Virus record (IMG/VR): IMGVR_UViG_3300014205_000014
Coordinates: 16,168 to 80,167 of that record
Source of the DNA: a virus
Lineage: Duplodnaviria; Caudoviricetes
Reading direction: 5' to 3' (one strand)
DNA: 64,000 nt
This document shows, in pieces, positions 19,421-29,259 of this stretch. A program made the position numbers and the translations under genes. The first letter of the stretch is position 1. Each line of letters opens with the position of its first letter. The notes under the pieces were generated by a model. The model searched no databases and was not told the DNA's origin. It worked only from the letters and a program-made list of their open reading frames with translations.

Positions 19421-19436
19421 ACATATTCGGTTCTGT
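19421..19436. promoter_or_regulatory. 16-bp operator
   Basis: ACATA TTCGGT TCTGT. Confidence 0.75.
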
Positions 19437-19443
19437 GTTTCAT

Positions 19444-19473
19444 AGTATCACAACTTTGTAATAGTCGTCAACT
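19444..19473 (-). promoter_or_regulatory. Promoter of holin/glyco-modification operon
   Basis: TTGACG-N18-TACTAT, TGn; operator directly downstream at 19421-19436. Confidence 0.65.
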
Positions 19474-19476
19474 CAG

Positions 19477-20136
19477 CTAGATTTCGGCTACCGCGAAATG
19501 GGTTAGCGTGAATGACCCCGCCGAACTTGCCGAATAAACTTGCACCTGAAAATCATGTGTTCCCACTAATGGGGTAGGGTGCATGTACGTGAACTGAATC
19601 GGCAGGGTGACACCCGTTGCTTGCTGCAAGATGTAAGCGGTCAACGGTGTTTGGTCAACTACCAGTTGAACGTTGAATGTGCCGCCATTGGTGGTGATGT
19701 TGCAATAACACATAAAGGTTATCAGCGCTGTGCCACCAACGAACATTTTAGTAACCTTCGTTAGCGGAACAACTGTGCCTCCGGTGGACATGGTTTTGGC
19801 GTAGGAGTTGGCATTCACCATCACGGATGCCCATTCCTTACCGCCCGGTGCTTTATTGGACTTGGCACTTGCTTGTGCGCTTAATCCCCGCTGTTTAGCC
19901 AGTAGCACACTCGTAATTGTCCACGATTGTATCCCTTTAGGCCGCGAGATGATGACCGTATCACCTTTGGCGACCTGTGATACATCCCCGATGATAGCCG
20001 AAATCGGGGAACCATTTCGGGTTGAAATCAATGCCGTAGCCGTATCCACAGCCGTTACAGTCGCAATATCCTGTTCGAAGGGTTGTAGTAAAGTGACATA
20101 CCGTTTAACTGCTTCATATGCATCATCCATAGACAT
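19477..20136 (-). CDS. Minor tail protein
   Basis: Coupled to tail tip gene; beta-rich C-term domain. Confidence 0.55.
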   Translation of the reverse strand: MSMDDAYEAVKRYVTLLQPFEQDIATVTAVDTATALISTRNGSPISAIIGDVSQVAKGDTVIISRPKGIQSWTITSVLLAKQRGLSAQASAKSNKAPGGKEWASVMVNANSYAKTMSTGGTVVPLTKVTKMFVGGTALITFMCYCNITTNGGTFNVQLVVDQTPLTAYILQQATGVTLPIQFTYMHPTPLVGTHDFQVQVYSASSAGSFTLTHFAVAEI

Positions 20137-23100
20137 AGCCCTTCGTGGTTAAATCCATAACCAATTGAACAGGAGTAAGCTGGATGGTCAGCGATTGCAC
20201 CTTCCGGTCATTCCCGAAAAAGGTAACACGATCCCCAACCTCCATAAAGTGCTGGAAAGAGGTTGAACCGCGATCATTAATTGCTCCTTCCTCAAGTCGT
20301 TTAAGTTCCTGTACTGCCTCGCGCTGGCATTCATATTCCGACATGAGGTAAGGGTTCTGTGTTTCCTTGAACAACCATCCGTATTTCGCGGTGAGATCAG
20401 TACGGTGGTATTCCGAATACTCATATGCGCCCACCATACGGATGTAGGTCTTGATGGTGTTCTTGTCAAAGTTGTACTTGTGGTTTTCGGCAGTAGTAAT
20501 CGTGAAACTGGAACTGATTTGCTTGGGACGGTACACGCGAATAGCCCCGTTGTAACGACTGAACAAACGTAGATAGCGCCCTTCAATCGCCCGTTGCAAG
20601 GCGGACATAGCACTTTCGCCTTGGTCGATGGTAATTGCTTCTGCCATATCGCAGAGTTCCGGCACACGCACACTTGAGAACGTCTTGGTAGTAGAATGGC
20701 GCACCGCAAAGCCGATATGGACAGTGGTATTCAGTAAACTGGTTGCTTTTTCGATATAGGTGATAGCAAGTTTCTCGTTAATCCACAATGAAACCGCGTT
20801 CCACAGGTTGGTGTCCTTGCCGTAGCGGATTTCCTGAAAGCTCATTTGCACCTTATAGGCGGCGGTATTACTGTAAGTACTTGGGCGCGAAGCCACTTGG
20901 GTATAAGCGCTGCCGTTCCACTTTTCAATAGTCGGATGTCCACTCGCATCTAATCCGACTAACCAGTGGTTTGTTCCATCCCCGCGCGTAAGTACGCCCC
21001 ATCCATAGCCGGTAATCCCAAACTCAATCACATGGTTTGAGGGGATTTCGGCTCCGGTTTGAATGGCGTTGCGCCATCCGGTGGGTGATGCGTCAGCAGT
21101 AAATGCCGGACCCGCACCGACTGTTACACCTGAACCCAACGTCCAATTGCTCGTCCCGCCTGTATAGAGGTCATCAAAACTCCATGTATTAATGTTGGCG
21201 TAATTGGTAAACAGTTTTATGCCTCGCTCAACCGTCATCGGTCTACCGAAGTTGTTGACCGAAAGCGAACTAAAGTACACACCCCCCGCAGGGTTTAGCG
21301 CTGAGCCTGAATAAGAGGGGCTTGCCATGACCCCGACATAGCCCGATTCCATATAATCATAGGGACGGACTGTTGCATCATAAGATGTTCTGCCCGGTTC
21401 CTGTTTCAAACTGTAGTCGGGTTTGTAGGTGGTATCCAACGTCCACGCAATACCATCACTTGAGGAATAAAGGAAGAACTGCCCGTACCACATTTCTACA
21501 CGCAGGTAACGGTTGCTCGATGTAATACCTGTCCACGATTTTGCGGACGAAGAATAAATAAGCGTTTGCCCCCCATAGGCGACATTCGATCCCCAATTGT
21601 CGTGATAGGATAGGTGTACTTTGTCATCCCCTTGATCGTAGTACCACGTCCAGAAGCGATGAACGCTGTTATCGGATTTGCCTCTAAAGATGATCCCCGC
21701 ATAAGCGGCGGACATACTCGGAAACAACATGCCGACTTGAATAGACCCATTCCAGAGATAATCAATGAGGGTGGTCTGCCCGTAAGTGACATTGGAGTTG
21801 TTACGCTGCGGGACAACTAGATACCCATCGGCAGTTTGAAATTCACCGTACAGGGTAGCAACGTGTCCTAATCCGCCATACACACTGTCAGTGGTGTTGT
21901 TGTAGTTATCCGCGCCGATCTCATACACTTCGGGGATATGAGCATCTTCTGCAATCGCCCAATCGGTCATCCAACTGAGGTTATCACGGCAGCTCACATC
22001 CACCATGTACTCCACTGAATTGCCGTTCACCGCATCAGACTTCTCGAACGTATCCATATAGACACTGGTGAAGGGGTACACCTGTTTAGTACCATCTGCG
22101 ATATACGCACCGAGATAAATATCAAACTTAGCGGTGGATGTATTGTTAATGAAAGCGTGGGCATCGAGCCAACCACTTGAGTTGTCGAGTGACATCATCA
22201 CTTGGCTCATGTCGGATTGATTGATACTTAGTTGATCCACATAGGCGGTAATATCAGACTGAACCGCCGTTGCCGTTGCACCGAACATGTCCGTCACATA
22301 GGAACGGAAGATATAGCGCCCCTGCACCGCATACACATAATCTCCGCTTTGCAGTAGTTTTACACCCTCACTACCCTGGCTCGCGCCTAAATACAGGGCA
22401 GAGGGGAGCGACCAATCAATCCCATTCTTGGACTGATAAACCCGCGTAGAGCTAATGGGGTTGTCTTTCGTGCCACTACCCACTACAGCGGTGACAAAAA
22501 GAGTGCTGTTGATATAAGAGATTTGGCTATTTTTGACGTAGTTCCACGTGGAGTCGTATTCCTCAACCGAGTCCACAAGCGAGTGTTTCGCCCATGACTT
22601 TTCCGAGATGTTGTATTTAAAGCACAATAACCCTTGTGCTTTCAGGCGTTTGTGTTTAAGGTCTGTTCCTTCTAATACAGCGGTGGTGCGTCCGGGGAAC
22701 TCCGTTTCAACAAGAACGTAATCATATGTACCATCAGTAGCCGCTTGAATGGAACGGGGACGATCCGTGAGCCAAATATCCGAACTCGTGCTTGTTCCCG
22801 GTAATCCAGCATGAACTCGCAAATTAAAGGTGCGAGTTGCGGCATCAGCATAAATGTAATGACAGCGGGTATCCACACCCGCTACAGCAATAATAGATGC
22901 ATCGGTTGAGGTTTCAAACATCTGAAGGGCGTTGATAAAAAGCTGCGTTCCTCCATCATTGGCGCTCACATTTAGCCGATAATACCGATAACCTGTGGTA
23001 TTGCTAAAGGTGAAAGTGCGGGTTTCAGGTGAAGCCCAACCTGTGGAATTAGTGCGGGTGTCGAGTGTTGTCCATGATGAATTGTTATTACTGCCTTCAA

Positions 23101-23737
23101 ATGTCCAGTTTTTGGGGGCGGTTGTGCCGGGGGCAGTGATTTTATATTTAATGACCTTGCGTGTAATTCCTGCACCGAGATCATAACTAATCCAACCCGT
23201 AGTGGTGCTTACAGGTGTTTGCCACTGATTAACCCCCGTTCCATCAAATGCCCCATCCGGTGGGTAACTGGAATTGCCAATGGTGTAATAACTACTCGCA
23301 GCAGCAACGCCGTTACGAGCCACTTCACCACCATAGAAGGTTTGCGAACTGATACTCAGAAGTGATGCATAGGAAAGCGTTGGTGTAGCATAGTAAATTC
23401 CATCTGCCGCTGCCGCTAAGTAATACGGGGTAGTGGATACTTTGAACATTGACAGCGATGATCCCGCCGTTTTGTTGCCCGGTGATGTACTGGACGCATC
23501 CGACGAGATACCTGTTGCAATAAGTATAGCCCTGCCCGTGTCCCCCTGCCAATGCCACAGGTTTACACCATCAATCAACGCGCCAAAATCAGGTAATTGG
23601 CCTTGATTAGTATCGCACCATACGCTCCAAACAGGGTTGAACTGCTTGGCAATCACTTTGAACGCGCGGTTGGTTTTTAGTGCGGCGACTTCTGTGTATT
23701 GCGACGATCCCAACCCCGACTCAGTCTGAGAAATCAT
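20123..23737 (-). CDS. Large tail tip/baseplate protein with F5/8 type C (discoidin) domain
   Basis: AFDG..QW..GWISYDLG..APKNWTFEGSNN..WTTLD; position after tape measure/Dit. Confidence 0.7.
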   Translation of the reverse strand: MISQTESGLGSSQYTEVAALKTNRAFKVIAKQFNPVWSVWCDTNQGQLPDFGALIDGVNLWHWQGDTGRAILIATGISSDASSTSPGNKTAGSSLSMFKVSTTPYYLAAAADGIYYATPTLSYASLLSISSQTFYGGEVARNGVAAASSYYTIGNSSYPPDGAFDGTGVNQWQTPVSTTTGWISYDLGAGITRKVIKYKITAPGTTAPKNWTFEGSNNNSSWTTLDTRTNSTGWASPETRTFTFSNTTGYRYYRLNVSANDGGTQLFINALQMFETSTDASIIAVAGVDTRCHYIYADAATRTFNLRVHAGLPGTSTSSDIWLTDRPRSIQAATDGTYDYVLVETEFPGRTTAVLEGTDLKHKRLKAQGLLCFKYNISEKSWAKHSLVDSVEEYDSTWNYVKNSQISYINSTLFVTAVVGSGTKDNPISSTRVYQSKNGIDWSLPSALYLGASQGSEGVKLLQSGDYVYAVQGRYIFRSYVTDMFGATATAVQSDITAYVDQLSINQSDMSQVMMSLDNSSGWLDAHAFINNTSTAKFDIYLGAYIADGTKQVYPFTSVYMDTFEKSDAVNGNSVEYMVDVSCRDNLSWMTDWAIAEDAHIPEVYEIGADNYNNTTDSVYGGLGHVATLYGEFQTADGYLVVPQRNNSNVTYGQTTLIDYLWNGSIQVGMLFPSMSAAYAGIIFRGKSDNSVHRFWTWYYDQGDDKVHLSYHDNWGSNVAYGGQTLIYSSSAKSWTGITSSNRYLRVEMWYGQFFLYSSSDGIAWTLDTTYKPDYSLKQEPGRTSYDATVRPYDYMESGYVGVMASPSYSGSALNPAGGVYFSSLSVNNFGRPMTVERGIKLFTNYANINTWSFDDLYTGGTSNWTLGSGVTVGAGPAFTADASPTGWRNAIQTGAEIPSNHVIEFGITGYGWGVLTRGDGTNHWLVGLDASGHPTIEKWNGSAYTQVASRPSTYSNTAAYKVQMSFQEIRYGKDTNLWNAVSLWINEKLAITYIEKATSLLNTTVHIGFAVRHSTTKTFSSVRVPELCDMAEAITIDQGESAMSALQRAIEGRYLRLFSRYNGAIRVYRPKQISSSFTITTAENHKYNFDKNTIKTYIRMVGAYEYSEYHRTDLTAKYGWLFKETQNPYLMSEYECQREAVQELKRLEEGAINDRGSTSFQHFMEVGDRVTFFGNDRKVQSLTIQLTPVQLVMDLTTKGYVYG

Positions 23738-24087
23738 TGATGCACCTTGTCTATAGCAACCGCTACTTCCGGCACTTGGAACTTGGGGCCAACATCCCCA
23801 TCCAACACCACGTACTCAGTCACAACCCCACCGTTGGCTTTCCACGTAAACTGATACCCCGTAACCTGCCCATTAAAGGAATTGCCACCGTATTCAAAAG
23901 TTACGGCAGTTCCAATGGGAAAGTAGCCCTGTTCGCTGATACGGGATAGCTGAACACAGTTTTGCTCACTTTGGAGTAAATTGCCTCCAATGGTGAGGTT
24001 AATAACAGAAGGGGTGCATGTGCCAAATCGTCCCTGTTGTGCAGGTATAACGATAGCGGTTAAGAGTATGAATAGAAGTTTAAACAT
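23734..24087 (-). CDS. Small secreted protein inserted in tail module
   Basis: Signal peptide MFKLLFILLTAIV; GGAGG RBS; operator upstream. Confidence 0.55.
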   Translation of the reverse strand: MFKLLFILLTAIVIPAQQGRFGTCTPSVINLTIGGNLLQSEQNCVQLSRISEQGYFPIGTAVTFEYGGNSFNGQVTGYQFTWKANGGVVTEYVVLDGDVGPKFQVPEVAVAIDKVHQ

Positions 24088-24106
24088 CGGTTTTCCTCCC
24101 TGAAAT

Positions 24107-24122
24107 ACATAGTCGGTTCTGT
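24107..24122. promoter_or_regulatory. 16-bp operator
   Basis: ACATA GTCGGT TCTGT. Confidence 0.75.
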
Positions 24123-24123
24123 G

Positions 24124-24570
24124 TCACGGCACACTGAAATTATCCGTTAGAAAAATCTCGTAATCGTATCGGATGATTGACGGAGTATACGGTTTCCCTG
24201 ATGAAACAATTTGCAAGAACATATTCTTAATGTCACTCGTATGGGCGGCTCCATCAGCGGCATGATCGAGAGGACAGAATTTGACCATCTCCCCGTTCAT
24301 GGCACGGATGAAGGACAATCGCTGTGCTAAGGTTTCGGTATCGGTTGCCGCCACCTTAATGGTCATCCGATAATCCAAATACTTGATAGTAGACCCGCCA
24401 CTGACAAGCCGATGGGCTTGCAAGTGTCCGTCGAGTGATGTTTTCAACCCCACAATCACACGCGGCATCTCCATATAATCAGGGTAAACCACACTCCACT
24501 TATACAGTGGTGCGAGTTCCGGTGATCCAGTGAGGGTAAGCCCTAAATGAATATGATTCTGTAAAGCCAT
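24124..24570 (-). CDS. Distal-tail-like protein
   Basis: Position right after tape measure; size and beta-rich. Confidence 0.45.
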   Translation of the reverse strand: MALQNHIHLGLTLTGSPELAPLYKWSVVYPDYMEMPRVIVGLKTSLDGHLQAHRLVSGGSTIKYLDYRMTIKVAATDTETLAQRLSFIRAMNGEMVKFCPLDHAADGAAHTSDIKNMFLQIVSSGKPYTPSIIRYDYEIFLTDNFSVP

Positions 24571-24577
24571 TCTTACC

Positions 24578-27500
24578 TCAATGTGTCTTGGCTAAAGCAG
24601 CCTGATATTGGCTGTTGCGCTGAATATTAGCATCGTTGGCGTAGATAGTAGTTTGACCGGATGTTCGCGCTAGGATTTGACGTAACACCGCAATCACTTC
24701 AGCGAGTAGGGTGTCCTGATTGCCATTGCTTCCACCACGCAGCACCAACGCGCCACCTTCAGGAACCACATATTCGTTATAATGGACGACACCTGCTACG
24801 GTATTGGGATCACCCACACCTGTAGAACCGCCTTCCTTGTACCCCGCATTCGGATTGGCGTGTTTTATGGTTGGGGCAGGGGTAGTCGGTTTCGCGGCAG
24901 GTTTGGAAGGCGTAACGGCATTCACATAACTGGAATAGGCAGTCCCGTTTCCTACGTTGACATTGGTGAACCCCTCGCGGTCTTGCTCTTCGCGCCCGAT
25001 GGTTTTGAGTTGTTCACTGACCGCAATCAGTTGGAGTTGTGCTTGTCGTCCGGCCTCTGCCAACTCGGTAGCGGTCTTATAGTCTAACTCGTCATTTTGG
25101 CGGGTAAGCAACCGCTGTTGATCTTGCAGCGCCCATTCCTGAGTCATCCATTCTTTAGACTTATCGTATGCCTCTTTTTGCAGCGCCATTGTCTCGTCAT
25201 GGTGGCGCTTGTTCATGTTCATTTCTTCTTGCGCCAACGCCTTATTCTGCTCAAAGTAGGTTTTCTTGCGGTCAAATTCCTCTTTATTCCACTGCGTTTC
25301 AGTCTTGAACCGTGATTCCTCATCCCCCTGCTGGGTTTCATCCATCGAGTGGCTAATCGCTGAGCGTTCCTGCTGGCGCATCAAATCGACCCGCTGCCGA
25401 CCTCGCGCAAAACGAATATTACGATCATAATCTTCCTGCTGCCAACCGTAGGAGAGTTCCATGCGGTTGCGGCTCATTGCCATATCTTCCGACTGCCAAC
25501 TCTCCTGTGTCACCTGCTGCCCACGTCCAATGTCCATATTCTGCGATTGGTAGGCGGACTGCATATTAAACTGCTGTTGGTTCATAGCAAAGGATTCGTT
25601 CCACTGCCGGTTGGACAGGTCACGATTTGCCCCTTGCTGTCCAATACCATACTGCTGTTGTTGGCGCGAGAGTGCGACCTGTGCATCTTGCACCTGCCAC
25701 ATACCCATGCCATTTCCGGTTTGCAGGTTCATGCCCTGTGCTTGGAACAGTGCGGATAGTCCCTGAAGCCCATCTCCGCCAAGGGCAAACCCTTGAGCGC
25801 CTACACCTGTAGAACCGCCTGCCATCGTCTGATAACTAATATTCCGCGCCGAAGTCGCCATACCGTATTGGTAGGTGTCCAACCCGCGACTGGTTGCAAG
25901 AGAACTGTCTTGCAAACTGCGCTTTTCTTTTTCAAAAACACCCAACCCTGTTTCGGGGTCAATCGTCTTATAGCGCTCATCCCCTAACAGTTGCCAGTTT
26001 TGGGACAGTGCCATCCGATCCCCTGTCCCCACCAACGCCGCTAGGCGCTGAGAATCAGGGTCAAGGTCGGCAAACTTCTTCGCTGCCGCTGCAAGGGCGG
26101 GAGAGTTATTGCCGTAGTCCATACCGCGATTATAAAATTCACTAGCAACTTTCCAACCCTCTTGCTGTTGAAAATATTTAGTAGGGTCGATTTTTGCTCC
26201 CGGTTGTCCGTATCCCGCTTCTTCACCCATCGGTTGGACGACATTGGTAAAAAAGGAGGGGGAGGTTAATGCGTAATTACCGGATGCAATTCCCCAAGAA
26301 CCTGTAGCATCCACCATAGCGGGGTTCTGTTTGTACATATCGCTCTGAAAATTCAGCGCATTAAAATCAGACAAACCGGCTCTACGTCGAGCCGCGTTTC
26401 CATTTGCAAAGTTCTGTGCTGTATTGTATACGCCCTCGGATGCGAGTTCTTTATTTGACCCTTCGGGAAGGTTTAATAACCAACGTGACACATCTCCGTT
26501 GGCTAAATCCATACCGCCTTGATCGGATGGACTAATCCCTAGTGAAGCCCCATATGCGCCTACAGTCTTGCCAAGATCAACCCCCGACAAGGTGAGTGAT
26601 TGCCAGTCTATCGCTTGCTGTCCAGTGGGGGGTGTGTTTGGATTATAGCGCTGCCAATAAGATAAGAAGTCCTGCGCCTGCCCTCGATTCATTCCCAATT
26701 TAGTAGCTTGTCCAAAAAACTGTTCCTGCCCTGCCACCAACCCTTCCCCAAGGGTATAACCAGTCCCCTCAAGTTGTGTAGCAAATTGACTGCGGGTTAA
26801 TCCGCCTTGCGAATATTGCTTAGATAAATCGTAATATTTCCCCGCATTCTCGTAACGCTGACTTTCTTCAGGACTAAGTGTTCCTAATTCATTGCGCCAC
26901 CATGCGGTGTAATCCCCAACAACTCCTTCAACATTATTAAATAAAGCGTTAATGTCGTAATTTCCACTACGGCGCTGCGATTCTGTATTAACTTGCTGCT
27001 GCCCGATTGCCATCATATTCTGACTGGCGTTATTGGCATAATTTATACCGCCAACAATGGCTGTTGCACCCCCCACCAATAATCCAGCGGGACCGCCCAA
27101 CCCCACCATGCCGCCAATTGCACCACCGAGCATCCCCGCACCAATTGCGGGTGAACCAATCCCGATAGCCGCGCCAAGAACACCATTTGCCGCATCCCCA
27201 CCTAGTGCTGCATTAGCAATGCCGCCGTAGGCATTGTAAACCTGCTGTCCTAAGTTATAAGACCATTCCTCCCCCGCGATTTGCCGCCGTTTGATGTCGC
27301 CGTACTGTCCCCCCATCAGGTCGCCGTAATTCATGATCCCTGATTGCAACATGCCCAAATCCTGCGTAGCGGTTTGGTTCATGTACTCATTCATCTCGTT
27401 CATCATCGGTTTGATAAAGATCGAGTTGGCTTGCCGCATACGGAATAAAGGCAGTCCCTTAATATCCGCGCCCCCTATTGCCTCCCCAACTTGTCCACCA

Positions 27501-28441
27501 AGATTGAGCAGGGCATTTCCCGCACGTTGCCCCATCCCTGAAATCCAACTCCCCCATCCACCCCCGCCTGTTTCTCCTCCGCCTCCACCAAAACCACCAC
27601 CGCCTCCGAATCCCCCCATATCTCCCGCGCCGCCATCGAACCCACCACCTGATCCGCCACGCATCGCACTGACATTACGAGTCACTTGATCGGCGGAATC
27701 CTTTAATGCGGGGGTAAATTCTTCTTTAAGTTTTTTGCTAATCGAGCTAATGGCTTCGGTTGCTTCCCCCACTGCATCCTTATTACTTCCGACTCCACCG
27801 GTATTCCCCATCGCACTCCACATTTGTTGTTGGATATTCGGTGGGAAACGAGAAATGTCAAATGTGTCTCCACCGAATGAAACGGGTATTTCTCCCATCA
27901 CCGGAGCAAAACTAGACGGGATTCCTTCAAATGTTCTACCCCCGCCTCCGCCTGAGCCTTGAGGGAAACTCATTCGTGGAGCGCCCATCGCATTTTGAAG
28001 CGCGGCTTGCTGTTGTGCGGAAAAACTTGGGCTGTTGGCATTCCCCTGTGTGTCATAACCAGTATTCCACTGCCCACCAGCAGAGAGTTGCGGGAAACTA
28101 TTAACCCCGTTCCCCATCGGCGCACCGGGAGAAGACCAGCCATACTGCATAGGGTCATAGGATGACATACCCCTAAATTGCATTCCGTCAATTTGAGTAA
28201 ACAATTGTTCGGCTTGCTGCATCCGGCGTGGATCAGCTAAAATGGACGTGCGAAAACGGTCTTGGTTGAATCCCGTGAATACATTTGAGAAGGGGTCAGA
28301 ACCACCCGCCTTACTATAGAGGTCGAAGCCCATCTGCTGCTGATAGGGTTTAAGATTGCCTTCCTGACCCAACGGCTCCCAAGCAGTATCCTGCCCACCG
28401 AAAAGCTGTTGTTGAGGCGGAAGCATATTGAAGTCAGTCAT
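24578..28441 (-). CDS. Tape measure protein
   Basis: 1287 aa after chaperones; Gly/Gln-rich, coiled coil; C-term GYKEGG.TG.G...AGVVH.NEYVVP. Confidence 0.8.
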   Translation of the reverse strand: MTDFNMLPPQQQLFGGQDTAWEPLGQEGNLKPYQQQMGFDLYSKAGGSDPFSNVFTGFNQDRFRTSILADPRRMQQAEQLFTQIDGMQFRGMSSYDPMQYGWSSPGAPMGNGVNSFPQLSAGGQWNTGYDTQGNANSPSFSAQQQAALQNAMGAPRMSFPQGSGGGGGRTFEGIPSSFAPVMGEIPVSFGGDTFDISRFPPNIQQQMWSAMGNTGGVGSNKDAVGEATEAISSISKKLKEEFTPALKDSADQVTRNVSAMRGGSGGGFDGGAGDMGGFGGGGGFGGGGGETGGGGWGSWISGMGQRAGNALLNLGGQVGEAIGGADIKGLPLFRMRQANSIFIKPMMNEMNEYMNQTATQDLGMLQSGIMNYGDLMGGQYGDIKRRQIAGEEWSYNLGQQVYNAYGGIANAALGGDAANGVLGAAIGIGSPAIGAGMLGGAIGGMVGLGGPAGLLVGGATAIVGGINYANNASQNMMAIGQQQVNTESQRRSGNYDINALFNNVEGVVGDYTAWWRNELGTLSPEESQRYENAGKYYDLSKQYSQGGLTRSQFATQLEGTGYTLGEGLVAGQEQFFGQATKLGMNRGQAQDFLSYWQRYNPNTPPTGQQAIDWQSLTLSGVDLGKTVGAYGASLGISPSDQGGMDLANGDVSRWLLNLPEGSNKELASEGVYNTAQNFANGNAARRRAGLSDFNALNFQSDMYKQNPAMVDATGSWGIASGNYALTSPSFFTNVVQPMGEEAGYGQPGAKIDPTKYFQQQEGWKVASEFYNRGMDYGNNSPALAAAAKKFADLDPDSQRLAALVGTGDRMALSQNWQLLGDERYKTIDPETGLGVFEKEKRSLQDSSLATSRGLDTYQYGMATSARNISYQTMAGGSTGVGAQGFALGGDGLQGLSALFQAQGMNLQTGNGMGMWQVQDAQVALSRQQQQYGIGQQGANRDLSNRQWNESFAMNQQQFNMQSAYQSQNMDIGRGQQVTQESWQSEDMAMSRNRMELSYGWQQEDYDRNIRFARGRQRVDLMRQQERSAISHSMDETQQGDEESRFKTETQWNKEEFDRKKTYFEQNKALAQEEMNMNKRHHDETMALQKEAYDKSKEWMTQEWALQDQQRLLTRQNDELDYKTATELAEAGRQAQLQLIAVSEQLKTIGREEQDREGFTNVNVGNGTAYSSYVNAVTPSKPAAKPTTPAPTIKHANPNAGYKEGGSTGVGDPNTVAGVVHYNEYVVPEGGALVLRGGSNGNQDTLLAEVIAVLRQILARTSGQTTIYANDANIQRNSQYQAALAKTH

Positions 28442-28756
28442 TTATCCCAATAACCCCTTTAGGTTGGCGGCCTTCCGCATGAGATGTTTGCGTTCACCCC
28501 GTTCTGCCGCATTCATCTCCATCAGCAGAAAGTAGGGCTGATCGGCTAGTCCGCCTGCCCAATAACCTGTGTTAAAGTTCCGCAGCATCCGTAAAATCTT
28601 GAACGGTTCCGGTTGCTCACCCTCGCTGTACCCTTTTTCTGCTGCCATAAAGTTGATGGTTTCCCGTTCATCTTCCCCTAGAGACTTGGCATATTCAATT
28701 TCAAGCCACCATTCCGTTGCCTCTTCTATTTCTCGGAGGTGGCGTTCGATTCCCCC
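28442..28756 (-). CDS. Tail assembly chaperone, -1 frameshift extension (GT)
   Basis: -1 frame open from G GGG GAA (28756-28750) to stop abutting tape measure. Confidence 0.65.
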   Translation of the reverse strand, partial: GGIERHLREIEEATEWWLEIEYAKSLGEDERETINFMAAEKGYSEGEQPEPFKILRMLRNFNTGYWAGGLADQPYFLLMEMNAAERGERKHLMRKAANLKGLLG

Positions 28757-29217
28757 TCCGGTTTTCCATCTTCTGTCGTTCGGGTATCCTCTGCTTCTGC
28801 TTTTTCCTGTTCCGATGCATCACGTGGTGTTCCCCATGTGGGATTGACTTTGTACACACAATCACGGATTTCAAGCACTGTTTCACTGTCAAGTAATCCG
28901 AGTGCGAAATTGAACTCAAACTCGCTCATCGCCAATTGCCCGTTTTCAAAGGAGAAGATTTCCTTTTTCTTCTCATCGAGAAACCCTGATGCGCCTACAA
29001 TCGTGGCGTAGATTTCCTTGGCATACACCCGCGCGATATTGCGGTTTTCCTCAACCACTGCCCCTTCGGGTGTCCATGTGGTTTTTCGTGTCGCATAGGC
29101 ATCGCTACGAATGGTATCCTGCTCAAATGTCGCCTGACGAATAGTTACGGTGGCAATCCCATCAGGGTCGGATTTCAGTTGGAATTCCTGCACAACGGGT
29201 TTCTTCTTGATTTGCAT
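28726..29217 (-). CDS. Tail assembly chaperone (G)
   Basis: Between tail tube and tape measure; AAGGAG RBS. Confidence 0.7.
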   Translation of the reverse strand: MQIKKKPVVQEFQLKSDPDGIATVTIRQATFEQDTIRSDAYATRKTTWTPEGAVVEENRNIARVYAKEIYATIVGASGFLDEKKKEIFSFENGQLAMSEFEFNFALGLLDSETVLEIRDCVYKVNPTWGTPRDASEQEKAEAEDTRTTEDGKPEGESNATSEK

Positions 29218-29259
29218 GTGCTTCTCCTTCTATAAAGGGCGCTTTCACGCCCCTTGTTA

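Noticed and set aside
28701-28919. Separate 72-aa gene or +1 frameshift product in the chaperone region
   Set aside because: Ends before the tape measure and lacks RBS; the -1 frame fits the known G/GT arrangement
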